Assembly: GCA_038562455.1 (NCBI GenBank)
Contig: JBCFBD010000007.1
Coordinates: 405-64,404, forward strand
Reading direction: 5' to 3'
Source of the DNA: Anaerolineaceae bacterium
GTDB lineage: Bacteria; Chloroflexota; Anaerolineae; Anaerolineales; Anaerolineaceae
DNA length: 64,000 nucleotides
Position numbers and translations under genes: made by a program. A model generated the notes under the pieces. It ran no database searches. It had not been told where the DNA came from and saw only the letters and a list, made by a program, of their open reading frames with translations. The first letter of the stretch is position 1. Each line of letters opens with the position of its first letter. Positions 5,897-15,173 of the stretch are shown here, one piece after another.

Positions 5897-7564
5897 GTGG
5901 AACGTCACGAGATCATCAAAGACTTGCAAGAAAAACCTGAAATGGATATATTGATTGTTGGCGGGGGAATTAACGGGGCAGGAGCTTTTCTTGACATGGC
6001 GGTCAATGGGTTAAGGGTCTTATTGATCGACCGGGGAGATTTCTGCTCGGGCGCTTCTGCTACATCTTCTCACATGGCACACGGCGGGATTCGATACCTG
6101 GAAAACGGCGAATTCCGGTTGGTGCGAGAAGCTGTGGCGGAAAGAAATCGCATGATCCGTAATGCGCCGCACATGGTAAAACCCCTGCCGACTGTCATTC
6201 CCATGTTTAAACTTTTTTCAGGGTTCTTGAATGCTCCTTTGAAATTTCTGAATTTGCTCGACAAACCCTCAGAACGAGGTGCGGCGGTTATTAAGATCGG
6301 ACTGATCTTATACGATTCGTTTACTGGTAAAAATCGAACTGTTCCTGCGCACCAATTCTTTGGAAAAAAGGAAACTTTTAAACGTTACCCCCGACTAAAC
6401 AAGGATGTACGATACACTGCTGAATACTATGATGGATTAATGCTTTCACCTGAGCGTTTGAATACTGAAATCATCCTGGATGCTGAAAAAGCAGGAGAAG
6501 CTGCTATGGCGTTAAATTATGCCTCGTTTGACAGCGTGGACGGGGATACGGTACTACTGAATGACTACGTGGGGGAGCAGATACTGAGGGTAAAACCTAA
6601 GATGATCGTCAATGCAGCTGGTCCTTGGATCGATGATGTGAACAATCGAATGGGCAAGCAAACTAATTACATCGGCGGCACCAAGGGCTCACACATCATC
6701 GTTAAAAATCCTGAATTAAAGAAAGCTATCGGCAATAAGGAATTTTTCTTCGAGAACAAGGACGGTCGGATCGTACTGTTGCTGCCATTCTTCGATAAAG
6801 TAATCATTGGAACCTCAGATCTACCTATTGATGATCCAGATGGGGCCGTTTGTACACCTGAAGAAGAGGCGTATTTCATCGACCTGGTCAAGCGGGTGTT
6901 TCCGGAGATCCCGATCCTGCCTGAGCAGATCGTATTCAGGTTCTCCGGTGTTCGACCACTGGAGTATCAGCATGCCAAAACTACCGGACAGATCACAAGG
7001 GATCATACGATAAAAGAAGACCTTTTGGGCAACATTCCGGTATTAAACCTGATTGGCGGCAAATGGACGAGCTATCGCGCTTTTGGAGAACAGACAGGTG
7101 ATAAAGCGCTTGATTATTTAAGTCAACACCGCAAAGGGACTACTGAAGAGATGAAGATCGGCGGTGGAAGGGATTACCCCCCAACTGACCTGGCAATTCA
7201 AGCATACCTGGATGTTTTTTCGACCAAAGGGTTTGAAAAAGGCATTGTTGAAACCCTTTTCGAACGATACGGATCAACAATCAACGAAATAATTGGCACG
7301 GGAACCATTGAATTTCTTAAATCCAACCCGCTTATTACTGTAAATGAGATTAATTTTCTGGCGCGCACTGAAAAGGTAGTGCACCTAGACGACCTTTTAC
7401 TCAGGCGTACATCATTGGGATGGCTCGGATTGATTGACGAAGATTGTTTGCGGGAAATTTCCATGCTAGTTGGTGCAGTGCTAGGATGGAGCACGGATAA
7501 GAAACAGAACGAGATTGAGAGGGTCAAAGCGTTATTCCTGAAGAATCACGGCGTAACCATTTAG
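5897..7564 (+). CDS. glpD: FAD-dependent glycerol-3-phosphate dehydrogenase
   Basis: 555 aa with a GTG start after AAGAGGG. Shows the dinucleotide fold IVGGGINGAG and SSHMAHGGIRYLE. Confidence 0.85.
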   Translation: MERHEIIKDLQEKPEMDILIVGGGINGAGAFLDMAVNGLRVLLIDRGDFCSGASATSSHMAHGGIRYLENGEFRLVREAVAERNRMIRNAPHMVKPLPTVIPMFKLFSGFLNAPLKFLNLLDKPSERGAAVIKIGLILYDSFTGKNRTVPAHQFFGKKETFKRYPRLNKDVRYTAEYYDGLMLSPERLNTEIILDAEKAGEAAMALNYASFDSVDGDTVLLNDYVGEQILRVKPKMIVNAAGPWIDDVNNRMGKQTNYIGGTKGSHIIVKNPELKKAIGNKEFFFENKDGRIVLLLPFFDKVIIGTSDLPIDDPDGAVCTPEEEAYFIDLVKRVFPEIPILPEQIVFRFSGVRPLEYQHAKTTGQITRDHTIKEDLLGNIPVLNLIGGKWTSYRAFGEQTGDKALDYLSQHRKGTTEEMKIGGGRDYPPTDLAIQAYLDVFSTKGFEKGIVETLFERYGSTINEIIGTGTIEFLKSNPLITVNEINFLARTEKVVHLDDLLLRRTSLGWLGLIDEDCLREISMLVGAVLGWSTDKKQNEIERVKALFLKNHGVTI

Positions 7565-7583
7565 AGTTTGTGCTTCAAAATCA

Positions 7584-7616
7584 AAAACCATCATCAAGCT
7601 GATGATGGTTTTCTTG
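7584..7616 (+). terminator. Rho-independent terminator after glpD
   Basis: Perfect hairpin CCATCATCA/TGATGATGG (7588-7608) followed by TTTTCTTGTTCT. Confidence 0.6.
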
Positions 7617-7619
7617 TTC

Positions 7620-7695
7620 TGGCGGGAGCGACGGGGTTCGAACCCGCGATCTCGGCCTTGACAGGGCCGCATGTTAGCCACTACACCACGCCCCC
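7620..7695 (-). tRNA. tRNA-Asp (anticodon GTC)
   Basis: Reverse complement: acceptor GGGGGCG/CGCTCCC, anticodon loop CTGTCAA, T-arm GCGGG-TTCGAAC-CCCGT. The 3' CCA is encoded. Confidence 0.9.
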
Positions 7696-7706
7696 GAACA
7701 GGCAAT

Positions 7707-7735
7707 AGTTTATCACATGGTTTTTCTAACGTCAA
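7707..7735 (-). promoter_or_regulatory. Putative tRNA-Asp promoter (TTGACG-17 nt-TAAACT)
   Basis: On the minus strand, TTGACG is the complement of 7730-7735 and TAAACT the complement of 7707-7712. The tRNA 5' end lies 11 nt downstream of the -10. Confidence 0.45.
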
Positions 7736-7866
7736 GTTCCATGGGCTAACAGTTCCATGGGCTAACAGTTCCATGGGCTAACAGTTCCATGGGCTAACAG
7801 TTTGGGCTAACAGTTCCATAGTAACTGTTCCTTAATAACAGTTCCACAATAACTGTCGTAACAACA
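7736..7866. repeat. Tandem array: 4 perfect copies of the 16-bp unit GTTCCATGGGCTAACA plus 5 decayed 12-14-bp units
   Basis: Perfect units at 7736, 7752, 7768 and 7784. Decayed units are GTTTGGGCTAACA, GTTCCATAGTAACT, GTTCCTTAATAACA, GTTCCACAATAACT and GTCGTAACAACA. Confidence 0.9.
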
Positions 7867-7928
7867 CCAGCCCAGAGAATGACATTCCACAAGGTCCAGT
7901 TCTGCAATAGCCGGAATGACCAAATTTG

Positions 7929-7957
7929 CAAAAAAAGCTGCTCAATATAGAGCAGCT
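7929..7957 (-). terminator. Rho-independent terminator after ndk
   Basis: Hairpin AGCTGCTC-6 nt-GAGCAGCT (7936-7957), followed on the minus strand by a T7 run. Confidence 0.6.
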
Positions 7958-7998
7958 GCAAATATTTTTCCATAAGGATCATGGATATGGGGGTCTGT

Positions 7999-8472
7999 TC
8001 AGTTTAATCCGGTGAACCAGTTTTCACCGTCTCTTCCCCACTCAACCAGTTCAGCTTCTGTGAACCAAAGCGCAATTTCCCGGGATGCGCTTTCTAAAGA
8101 ATCTGAGGCGTGAGTGAGATTGCGGCTCATCATGATCGAAAAGTCATGCCTGATGCTGCCAGGATCAGCTTCAAGCGGGTTGGTTGCGCCCATGGTTTGC
8201 CGCACAGCCTTAACCGCATGTGGACCCTGCCAGACCATTGCCATGACCGGCGCGCTCTTAATATACTTGATCAATCCTTCATAAAAAGTTTTTCCAACAT
8301 GAGCTTTATAATGCTCGCGTGCCAATTGCTCATTTACCAAGAGGAATTTCGCGGCGACCAATTGAAGTCCGCGTGACTCCAGGCGATTGATGATTGTGCC
8401 AACCAGATTTCTTTGCACGCCGTCGGGTTTAATGAGTACGAGAGTCTGCTCCAAAGTCTGCTCCGTTATCAA
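7999..8472 (-). CDS. ndk: Nucleoside-diphosphate kinase
   Basis: 157 aa. TLVLIKPDGVQRNLVG, NxxHASD and the overall Ndk signature are present. Confidence 0.95.
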   Translation of the reverse strand: MITEQTLEQTLVLIKPDGVQRNLVGTIINRLESRGLQLVAAKFLLVNEQLAREHYKAHVGKTFYEGLIKYIKSAPVMAMVWQGPHAVKAVRQTMGATNPLEADPGSIRHDFSIMMSRNLTHASDSLESASREIALWFTEAELVEWGRDGENWFTGLN

Positions 8473-11090
8473 ATAAAGATATTCTTTTCAGCTTCGTGAT
8501 AGGCATCCAACGCTTCGTCGAAACTAGCTTTTCGACTCAACAAATCCCCCAAGTCCTGCCATAATTCAAAGTTTTCTGGGTGGTTCTGCAATGTGGCATC
8601 CAACTCCGCAATAATTTGATCGGATACCTCGTCCTGAGAAGACAGCTTCGAGATTTCCTGCGTGAACGAAGAAAAATCACCCGCTTGGAGAAGGCCAACG
8701 ACCCGCTCAATATCTGACTTACCAATCCCACCATCATCACTTTCAACAGAAGCCGGTTCAATTAAAGAACCATCACCAGCGCCAAACATTGAAGACAAAC
8801 GATCGTCAAGTGCAACTTCTTCTATGGGCAACTCATTGTCAATCTCTGAAACCAATTCCATGGTTTCTTCAATCTCGGTAAATTCCACTAAACTTTCGAG
8901 AGATATTTCTTCATTTGCTTTTGGAATTTCAGTTGTTTTAATCTCAGTAGTTGGAATGTCAGTTTTTTCGGAATCCACTTCTTCCAGCCAGGTTTCAAGT
9001 TCCGCAGTCACTTCTTCGGAAATCGCTCCAGCCCCTTCTGGTTCATCAGGCAGGTCAGTGATCAATTCCTCAATGAACTCCTCGGAATCAGTAACCGATG
9101 TGGGAAGCTCCGCATCAGCCTCAGACCCTACCGTGGACGTGGCACTTATTATCGGTGTGGATTCTGCCGGACCAGCCAATATGTTCTTGACCCATGCAGG
9201 TAAGGAGGAAGGCGTGCTAGTTTTAATCGGCTCAGTCTTGATGTGCTCCGGTTCCTGGTGCTCCACTACCTCGATCTCATGTTCCAAAAACTCTGATTCA
9301 GTAGGCGCTACATCCAAAGGTTCCGATTCGTTGGACTCAGACACGGTTTGGTCTGGTGCTTCTATGGCAGAAGGTTGATCAGAAATTACTTTGTTGTCCA
9401 AATTCAAGTCGACCTCGAAATCTTCAAGGTCACCCGGTTTCGGTTGGGTTGCCTCTTCTGGCGCACTTTCTTCCTCTGCAATGGTATCCAGTTCACCGAT
9501 CAAGTCGCTGGTTTCGATTTCTGCAAGGAAATCAGAGATTTCGAATTCTACAGATCCCGGTACTGAGACAGACTCCTGAGGCTCATTAGTTAAAGAAACC
9601 GCTGGCTCAATATCCATTTCAAAGGTTTCAGGAACCTCAAGGTCTTTCAACCAGTCCGGAAGATTGGGCACGGGTTCTTCACTGTTTACGGTGGGAAGTT
9701 CGAAAGATTCTCTTTCAACAAAATTTTCAATCGGGCTTTCTGGCGCGTTTTCTGTTCCATCACTGGAAATCGGGAGGTCAGCAAAAGGCTCCGACTCATC
9801 TGATAATAACTCTGCGAGCATATCGGGTGGAAGGGGTGGAATGTCTGATTCAGGAATACTTTCGTCTTCGGATGAAGCAAATAATTGCGGCGAATCCATG
9901 CCATCTGTTGGTATCGATTGCAGCCAATCCGGCAGAGACTCTGCCGGCTGGGCAGGCGCTTCTACCTCATCTGATATTTCCGAAATTGGCAGTTCGTTGT
10001 ATGATTCCTGTGTAGTCGCGGGGTTTTCATCCTCGTTTGCTCTTACCCAACCAGCTTTAGCAATCCATTCTGGTAATTCAGACTCATGCACATTATTGGA
10101 TGAAATATCTTTAGTTGATTCATATTCTGGGGTAGCTACTTCATCCTCAATGAAAGGCGAAGGAGGTTCCACCTGCGAGAGTAAACCGCCATCACCTAAA
10201 TCTTCAAAGGGTTCAGGTTGGACCTGGCCAATTACTGTATCTTCTGCATCGTCATGCCAGGGGATACCGATTTGATCTGCCCATTCAGGCGAACGGGAAT
10301 AATCTTCCTCTTGGGAAAAGTACTCGGTTTTTTCGAGCGTCACCTTTTCAGCTGGAACATCGCCTACATTCTCACTCGCTATTGAAATGAAACCATAATA
10401 CGGATCCAGTTCACTAAGTCTCTGTAAGAAAACTGAGGGATGACCTTCAGAATCTGACACAGATGAGGATAACTCGAACATGATACGGTTGGCTTCAAAA
10501 CAATACGGGTGGTCTTGCAAAATATCATTGCAGATCTCAGCGGCAGAGTTTTCGGCATTTGTTATGGTATACATTCGGGCGAGCAACAGCTTCAAATCGA
10601 TGCGTGCCGGATCAGCTTGAAGAGCTGAGAGGGATTCAGCGATCGCTTGTTGATAAAGCTCGCCCTTGGCATACATTCTGATCAATGCACCCCGCGTGAG
10701 TCTAATCTTAGAAGGGAGGGCACCATCACGTCGGCTAATGAGGCGGCGAAACTCTTCCTGAATGGCAGCGTTGGAAGGCTGGGTTTCAAAGGCTTGTTCC
10801 ATGTGCCAAATGGCTTTATCAAGTTCGCGGTTTTCTTCGTGCACGATACTAAGACCTGCATGCGCCACAAAATCGTCTGGAAAGACTGAAATAACTTTGG
10901 TAAAAACTTCGGAAGCATCGGCATAGCGTTTTTCTTCAAGTAAAGCTTGTCCAAGTTGCTGATAGGTTTTGATGGATTTAGGAAATGATGAAAGTATATG
11001 CGTACAGTGGACAATCGCTTCAGACATGGCGTTCTTTTCCAACAGGTCATCTATGAACAAGTGGTAATCGCGAAGCGTAATATTACTCAT
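8469..11090 (-). CDS. TPR-repeat protein with a roughly 500-aa acidic low-complexity region
   Basis: TPR-like helices at the N-terminus and at the extreme C-terminus. Start moved to MSNITL (ATG at 11090) because GGAGG lies 8 nt upstream; the track start is 11108. Confidence 0.7.
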   Translation of the reverse strand: MSNITLRDYHLFIDDLLEKNAMSEAIVHCTHILSSFPKSIKTYQQLGQALLEEKRYADASEVFTKVISVFPDDFVAHAGLSIVHEENRELDKAIWHMEQAFETQPSNAAIQEEFRRLISRRDGALPSKIRLTRGALIRMYAKGELYQQAIAESLSALQADPARIDLKLLLARMYTITNAENSAAEICNDILQDHPYCFEANRIMFELSSSVSDSEGHPSVFLQRLSELDPYYGFISIASENVGDVPAEKVTLEKTEYFSQEEDYSRSPEWADQIGIPWHDDAEDTVIGQVQPEPFEDLGDGGLLSQVEPPSPFIEDEVATPEYESTKDISSNNVHESELPEWIAKAGWVRANEDENPATTQESYNELPISEISDEVEAPAQPAESLPDWLQSIPTDGMDSPQLFASSEDESIPESDIPPLPPDMLAELLSDESEPFADLPISSDGTENAPESPIENFVERESFELPTVNSEEPVPNLPDWLKDLEVPETFEMDIEPAVSLTNEPQESVSVPGSVEFEISDFLAEIETSDLIGELDTIAEEESAPEEATQPKPGDLEDFEVDLNLDNKVISDQPSAIEAPDQTVSESNESEPLDVAPTESEFLEHEIEVVEHQEPEHIKTEPIKTSTPSSLPAWVKNILAGPAESTPIISATSTVGSEADAELPTSVTDSEEFIEELITDLPDEPEGAGAISEEVTAELETWLEEVDSEKTDIPTTEIKTTEIPKANEEISLESLVEFTEIEETMELVSEIDNELPIEEVALDDRLSSMFGAGDGSLIEPASVESDDGGIGKSDIERVVGLLQAGDFSSFTQEISKLSSQDEVSDQIIAELDATLQNHPENFELWQDLGDLLSRKASFDEALDAYHEAEKNIFI

Positions 11091-11139
11091 CAGGCAATTC
11101 CTCCGCATTAATTATTTTCAAAATAATATTATACATGAG

Positions 11140-11176
11140 TTGAGAAAAGAACAAAAAGGCATGGGGATCCATGCCT
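11140..11176 (-). terminator. Rho-independent terminator after rpoD
   Basis: Hairpin GGCATGG-GGAT-CCATGCC (11158-11175), followed on the minus strand by TTTTTGTTCTTTT. Confidence 0.6.
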
Positions 11177-11182
11177 TGAACC

Positions 11183-12388
11183 TTATTCACCTAGATAATC
11201 GCGAAGCTTGCGTCGGATCGAAGGGTGACGCAGCCTGCTCAAGGCTTGCGCTTCGATCTGTCTGACGCGCTCACGGGTCACGCCCATTTTTCGGCCAACT
11301 TCTTCAAGCGTGTAAGCCTGCCCGTCGAGCAAACCATAACGGAGTTGCAGGATCCTGACTTCACGCGGTGGTAGGCCGTTTAAAACCTCTTCGAGATGCT
11401 CACGTAGCAGGTTGTAGGTCGCGGAATCGTCAGGAGGAGGAGCTTCATCATCCTCGATGAAATCGCCCAGCACGGAATCTTCTTCGTCATCAGTAGGTGT
11501 CTCGAGCGAAAGTGGTCGGCGCGCAACCTGGATCATGTTTTCGACTTTCTTTGGAGGTACATCGAGAGCAATGGCCAGTTCCTCAACAGTTGGTTCGCGA
11601 CCCAGACGCTGGGTTAATTGATGCTGAACACGTAATAGCTTGTTGATTTGGTCACCCATGTGAACAGGGACCCGAATCGTTCTACCCTGGTCTGCAATGG
11701 CGCGTGTGACAGCCTGGCGGATCCACCAGGTAGCGTAAGTACTGAACTTGTGACCGCGCCGGTAATCAAACTTTTTAGTGGCGCGTATCAGACCGATATT
11801 GCCTTCCTGGATCAGGTCGAGGAACGGAACACCGCGCCCCATGTATTTCTTCGCCACACTGATTACCAGACGCGAATTGGCTGTGATCAGGTGTTCCCGC
11901 GCAGCCCATCCATCTTCAATAAGTTTACGTAATTCGAGGCGGCGTTTAATGTTGACATTGCCTTTAGCCAATTCCTCGCGTGCCATGCGACCGCGCTCAA
12001 TACGTTGGGCAAGCTCCACTTCTTCCTCGGCGTTGAGTAAAGGGACTCGACTGACTTCTTTTAAATATAGCCCGATCGTGTCATCGGTATCAATGTTTTC
12101 GAGGTCATCAGTAGCTGCCTTGACCTCAGTGCTTTCTTCATCGTGGGTCGTTAATTCTTCGTCTGAAGGCTCTTCGTGGATGATCTCATCTTCAGTATAA
12201 GGGATTCCTGCGCTCATCAGAGCAGCGAACGTTTCCTCAAGCTGTTCGACATCCTGTTCCGCCTCTGGGAAGAACTGCAGGATGTCATCAATGGTAATAT
12301 ATGATTTTTGACGACCAAGCTCAATCAACCTGGCTATCGCAGGGTAATCTTCATCTTCATCGTCAATTGGTATGATAGGTTTATCCAA
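11183..12388 (-). CDS. rpoD: Primary RNA polymerase sigma factor (sigma-70 family, group 1)
   Basis: 401 aa. Region 2 is [36 protein letters not shown]. Regions 3 and 4 are present, along with an acidic N-terminal region 1. Confidence 0.95.
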   Translation of the reverse strand: MDKPIIPIDDEDEDYPAIARLIELGRQKSYITIDDILQFFPEAEQDVEQLEETFAALMSAGIPYTEDEIIHEEPSDEELTTHDEESTEVKAATDDLENIDTDDTIGLYLKEVSRVPLLNAEEEVELAQRIERGRMAREELAKGNVNIKRRLELRKLIEDGWAAREHLITANSRLVISVAKKYMGRGVPFLDLIQEGNIGLIRATKKFDYRRGHKFSTYATWWIRQAVTRAIADQGRTIRVPVHMGDQINKLLRVQHQLTQRLGREPTVEELAIALDVPPKKVENMIQVARRPLSLETPTDDEEDSVLGDFIEDDEAPPPDDSATYNLLREHLEEVLNGLPPREVRILQLRYGLLDGQAYTLEEVGRKMGVTRERVRQIEAQALSRLRHPSIRRKLRDYLGE

Positions 12389-12550
12389 ATAGCACCAGCC
12401 TTAAATTTCTTCCTGAACTTCTATTTTCTTATCAGAATACACTTGTTTTGTAAGAAATACAATAGAAAATATCCTATTAAATATCTGACAGACGATGCCC
12501 TTTTGCTACGTGCTTCCCATGGGCAAAACCCCGCTATTATACAGGAAATT

Positions 12551-12713
12551 ATAAAAAACGGATATGAATAAAACGGAATAAAACGGAACATGAATAAAAC
12601 GGAATAAAACGAAAATGGATAAAACGGAACAAACGGTAAAATAATACGGTAATACTGCATGAATAAAACTGTATACTATGTGCTGACCTCTTCTCAACAA
12701 TGGGATAAAACGG
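12551..12713. repeat. Cluster of about 10 ATAAAACGG-type motifs (5 exact), including a 26/25-bp tandem duplication
   Basis: Exact copies at 12568, 12578, 12594, 12619 and 12705. Variants at 12551, 12604, 12630, 12641 and 12663. Spacings are mostly 10, 15 or 16 nt. Confidence 0.8.
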
Positions 12714-12715
12714 GA

Positions 12716-12743
12716 TTGATTTATTTCTAAAATTCTGTATAAT
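12716..12743 (+). promoter_or_regulatory. Putative hppA promoter (TTGATT-16 nt-TATAAT)
   Basis: TTGATT at 12716-12721 and TATAAT at 12738-12743, about 70 nt upstream of the ATG at 12815. Confidence 0.35.
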
Positions 12744-12814
12744 GATTTTTTTCAATGCGCCTCTGGCGTTTTAAATATCTTTGCAGCAAAAATTTAACGA
12801 TTTTTGGAGGAAAG

Positions 12815-15124
12815 ATGGATATTTTAGGGTTAGCTCGGCACGGATTGAATAGTTTCGAGCAAATCGGTATTGTCTCTGTTCTGGTTGTCGCGTTGATCAG
12901 CTTAATTTATGCCTGGCTGCTGCGCGGCATCGTCATGAAAAAGGACAAAGGCACTGCAAAAATGCAGGAAGTGTGGGAAGCGATCAAAATCGGCGCAGAT
13001 TCATACCTCTCACGTCAATTGAAGACCATTCTACCAGCGATTGGTCTTCTTTTTATCGCGCTGTTTTTATCTGTATATGTTGTACCTCCGAGTCATGAAG
13101 CAAAGCTTGAGTTCCCGGAAAATACGCAGCTCATTATCGCTGTTGGTCGAGCGCTGGCATTCGTTCTGGGCGCTACTTTCTCGCTGATCGTAGGTCAGCT
13201 CGGAATGAGAATGGCAATCCAGGCGAGTGTAAGATCGGCATCTGCCGCCCGCAGGAGCTTCAACGAGTCTCTTTCGATTGCGTATTATGCCGGCACCATC
13301 ACCGGTATGCTCACCGACGGTTTAGGCTTGCTGGGTGGAACAGTAATCTTTATCATTTTTGGTAAAGCGTCGCCTGATGTTCTGCTCGGTTTCGGCTTTG
13401 GCGGCACACTTCTCGCGTTGTTCATGCGCGTGGGAGGCGGCATCTATACAAAGGCTGCAGATGTAGGGGCAGACCTTGTTGGCAAAGTTGAAAAAGACAT
13501 TCCTGAAGATGATCCCCGCAACGCAGCAGTGATCGCTGACCTGGTTGGTGACAATGTGGGTGACTGCGCAGGTATGGCAGCCGATATTTTTGAAAGTTAC
13601 GAAGTTACGATCGTTTCCGCATTGATCCTCGGTATCGCTCTCTGGTCGATGGATCCTGAAAATGGATTGAAATGGATCGTTTACCCGTTGATCATTCGCG
13701 GCATTGGTGTATTGAGCTCCATCCTGGGTACTTTCACAGTTCCCATCTGGGAAAAATTCCCCATCAAGTTCATGCGTGCTCATGATGCTGAAGAATCCAT
13801 GTTCAGATCGTACGAAGTTTCCAGCGTCAACACGGTCCTCTGGTCGTTCGTTGTAGCAATCGCGTATGCGCATGACTGGAAACTGGCCATGTTGACCACG
13901 ATCGGTGTTGGATTGGCTGTCGCCTTCAACCCGCTCACTTCCTACTTCACTTCAACCAAATCAGCCCCGGTAAAAGAGGTCGTTGAATCGACCAGGTTTG
14001 GTCCTGCCACAACCATCCTTTCCGGGCTTTCACTGGGTATGGAATCGAGCGTTTGGGCACTCGTCGTGATCGCTATCAGCTTTATTTTCTCACTCTTCCT
14101 ATATGGAAATATGGAGCCAATTTATGTGCTTTACGGCGTTGCAATGGTTGGTATCGGTATGCTTAGCCACACGGGCAACAATGTGGCAATGGACTCATAC
14201 GGCCCAATCTCGGACAATGCCAATGGTATTGGCGAGATGGCCTGGCATGACCAGACTGATGAGGAGACCAAGCGCGCCCGCCAAATTATGGCAGACCTCG
14301 ATGCGGTTGGCAACACCACAAAAGCCATCACTAAGGGGGTGGCGATCGCTTCGGCGGTCATCGCTGCGGTCAGTCTCTTCTCATCCTACATCACGGACGT
14401 TTCAAGGGTGCAGATGGGGTTGATCAATGAATTAGGCATGGACATCGAAGTACTCGATTCGATCCGGGTTTCAGATATCAAGGTGTTTGTTGGCTTGCTA
14501 TTGGGTGGAGCGCTACCTTGGCTGTTTTCATCACTTTCCATCCGTGCGGTAACCCGCGCTGCCGGCAAGGTGGTGGAAGAAGTTCGACGCCAATTCAAAC
14601 TGCCCGGTATTATGGAAGGCACCAAGAAACCTGATTACGCCCAGGTGGTTGGTATTTCCACCGCTTCAGCTCAGAAAGAGTTGATTCCATTGGCGATCAT
14701 CGCCGTGGTGATGCCGCTCCTGATCGGACTTGTGTTGCAGGTTGAAGCGCTTGGCGGTTTCCAGGTGGGAGTGATCCTCAGCGGACAGCTATTGGCTGTC
14801 TTTATGGCCAATACCGGAGGCGCCTGGGACAATGCAAAGAAGATGATCGAAGACGAACCCAGGAATCTAATTGAAAATACCGGCAAGGGTTCAGAACGGC
14901 ACAAAGCCGGCGTTGTAGGTGATACCGTTGGTGATCCCCTCAAGGATACCGCTGGTCCGGCTTTGAATCCGATGATCAAAGTGGTTAATTTGGTCAGCCT
15001 GATCGCAGCACCGGTTATCGTGCGCTACCAGGAATTGGGTGCTGTCGGCTGGGTCGTTGTGGCTATACTGCTTGGCAGCGTAACCTGGGCGATCATGCAG
15101 AGTAAGAAGCCTGTCACAATCTAG
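12815..15124 (+). CDS. hppA: Membrane-bound proton-translocating pyrophosphatase, K+-independent type
   Basis: Start set at MDILG (GGAGG RBS). GGIYTKAADVGADLVGKVE and DNVGDCAG are present. The GNTTKA motif (Lys rather than Ala) is characteristic of K+-independent H+-PPases. Confidence 0.9.
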   Translation: MDILGLARHGLNSFEQIGIVSVLVVALISLIYAWLLRGIVMKKDKGTAKMQEVWEAIKIGADSYLSRQLKTILPAIGLLFIALFLSVYVVPPSHEAKLEFPENTQLIIAVGRALAFVLGATFSLIVGQLGMRMAIQASVRSASAARRSFNESLSIAYYAGTITGMLTDGLGLLGGTVIFIIFGKASPDVLLGFGFGGTLLALFMRVGGGIYTKAADVGADLVGKVEKDIPEDDPRNAAVIADLVGDNVGDCAGMAADIFESYEVTIVSALILGIALWSMDPENGLKWIVYPLIIRGIGVLSSILGTFTVPIWEKFPIKFMRAHDAEESMFRSYEVSSVNTVLWSFVVAIAYAHDWKLAMLTTIGVGLAVAFNPLTSYFTSTKSAPVKEVVESTRFGPATTILSGLSLGMESSVWALVVIAISFIFSLFLYGNMEPIYVLYGVAMVGIGMLSHTGNNVAMDSYGPISDNANGIGEMAWHDQTDEETKRARQIMADLDAVGNTTKAITKGVAIASAVIAAVSLFSSYITDVSRVQMGLINELGMDIEVLDSIRVSDIKVFVGLLLGGALPWLFSSLSIRAVTRAAGKVVEEVRRQFKLPGIMEGTKKPDYAQVVGISTASAQKELIPLAIIAVVMPLLIGLVLQVEALGGFQVGVILSGQLLAVFMANTGGAWDNAKKMIEDEPRNLIENTGKGSERHKAGVVGDTVGDPLKDTAGPALNPMIKVVNLVSLIAAPVIVRYQELGAVGWVVVAILLGSVTWAIMQSKKPVTI

Positions 15125-15146
15125 TAAAGCCCGCCTGTGACTTTAT

Positions 15147-15172
15147 AGAGGAACCGAGCGATTGGTTCCTCT
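15147..15172. terminator. Bidirectional hairpin terminator between hppA and the rluA-family gene
   Basis: AGAGGAACC-8 nt-GGTTCCTCT, flanked by A/T-rich tracts on both sides. Confidence 0.5.
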
Positions 15173-15173
15173 A

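Noticed and set aside
7736-7866. The tandem repeat as a CRISPR array
   Set aside because: The units are directly adjacent with no spacers, the unit length of 16 bp is too short, and there are no cas genes in the window.
7532-7982. ORFs 7532-7774 and 7794-7982 on the minus strand
   Set aside because: The first overlaps tRNA-Asp and the tandem repeat. The second spans decayed repeats and the ndk terminator. The translations are low complexity.
8662-10275. Ser-rich plus-strand ORFs (8662-9378, 9664-10275 and smaller ones) opposite the acidic TPR gene
   Set aside because: These are mirror-image artefacts. The antisense of GAA/GAT/GAG-rich coding gives TTC/ATC/CTC and Ser-rich open frames. There are no motifs or RBS.
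12421-12755. Three overlapping minus-strand ORFs rich in F, Y, S and I in the rpoD-hppA intergenic region
   Set aside because: They are translations of the ATAAAACGG repeat cluster (TTTTAT = F, Y, I). They overlap each other in different frames and are non-coding.
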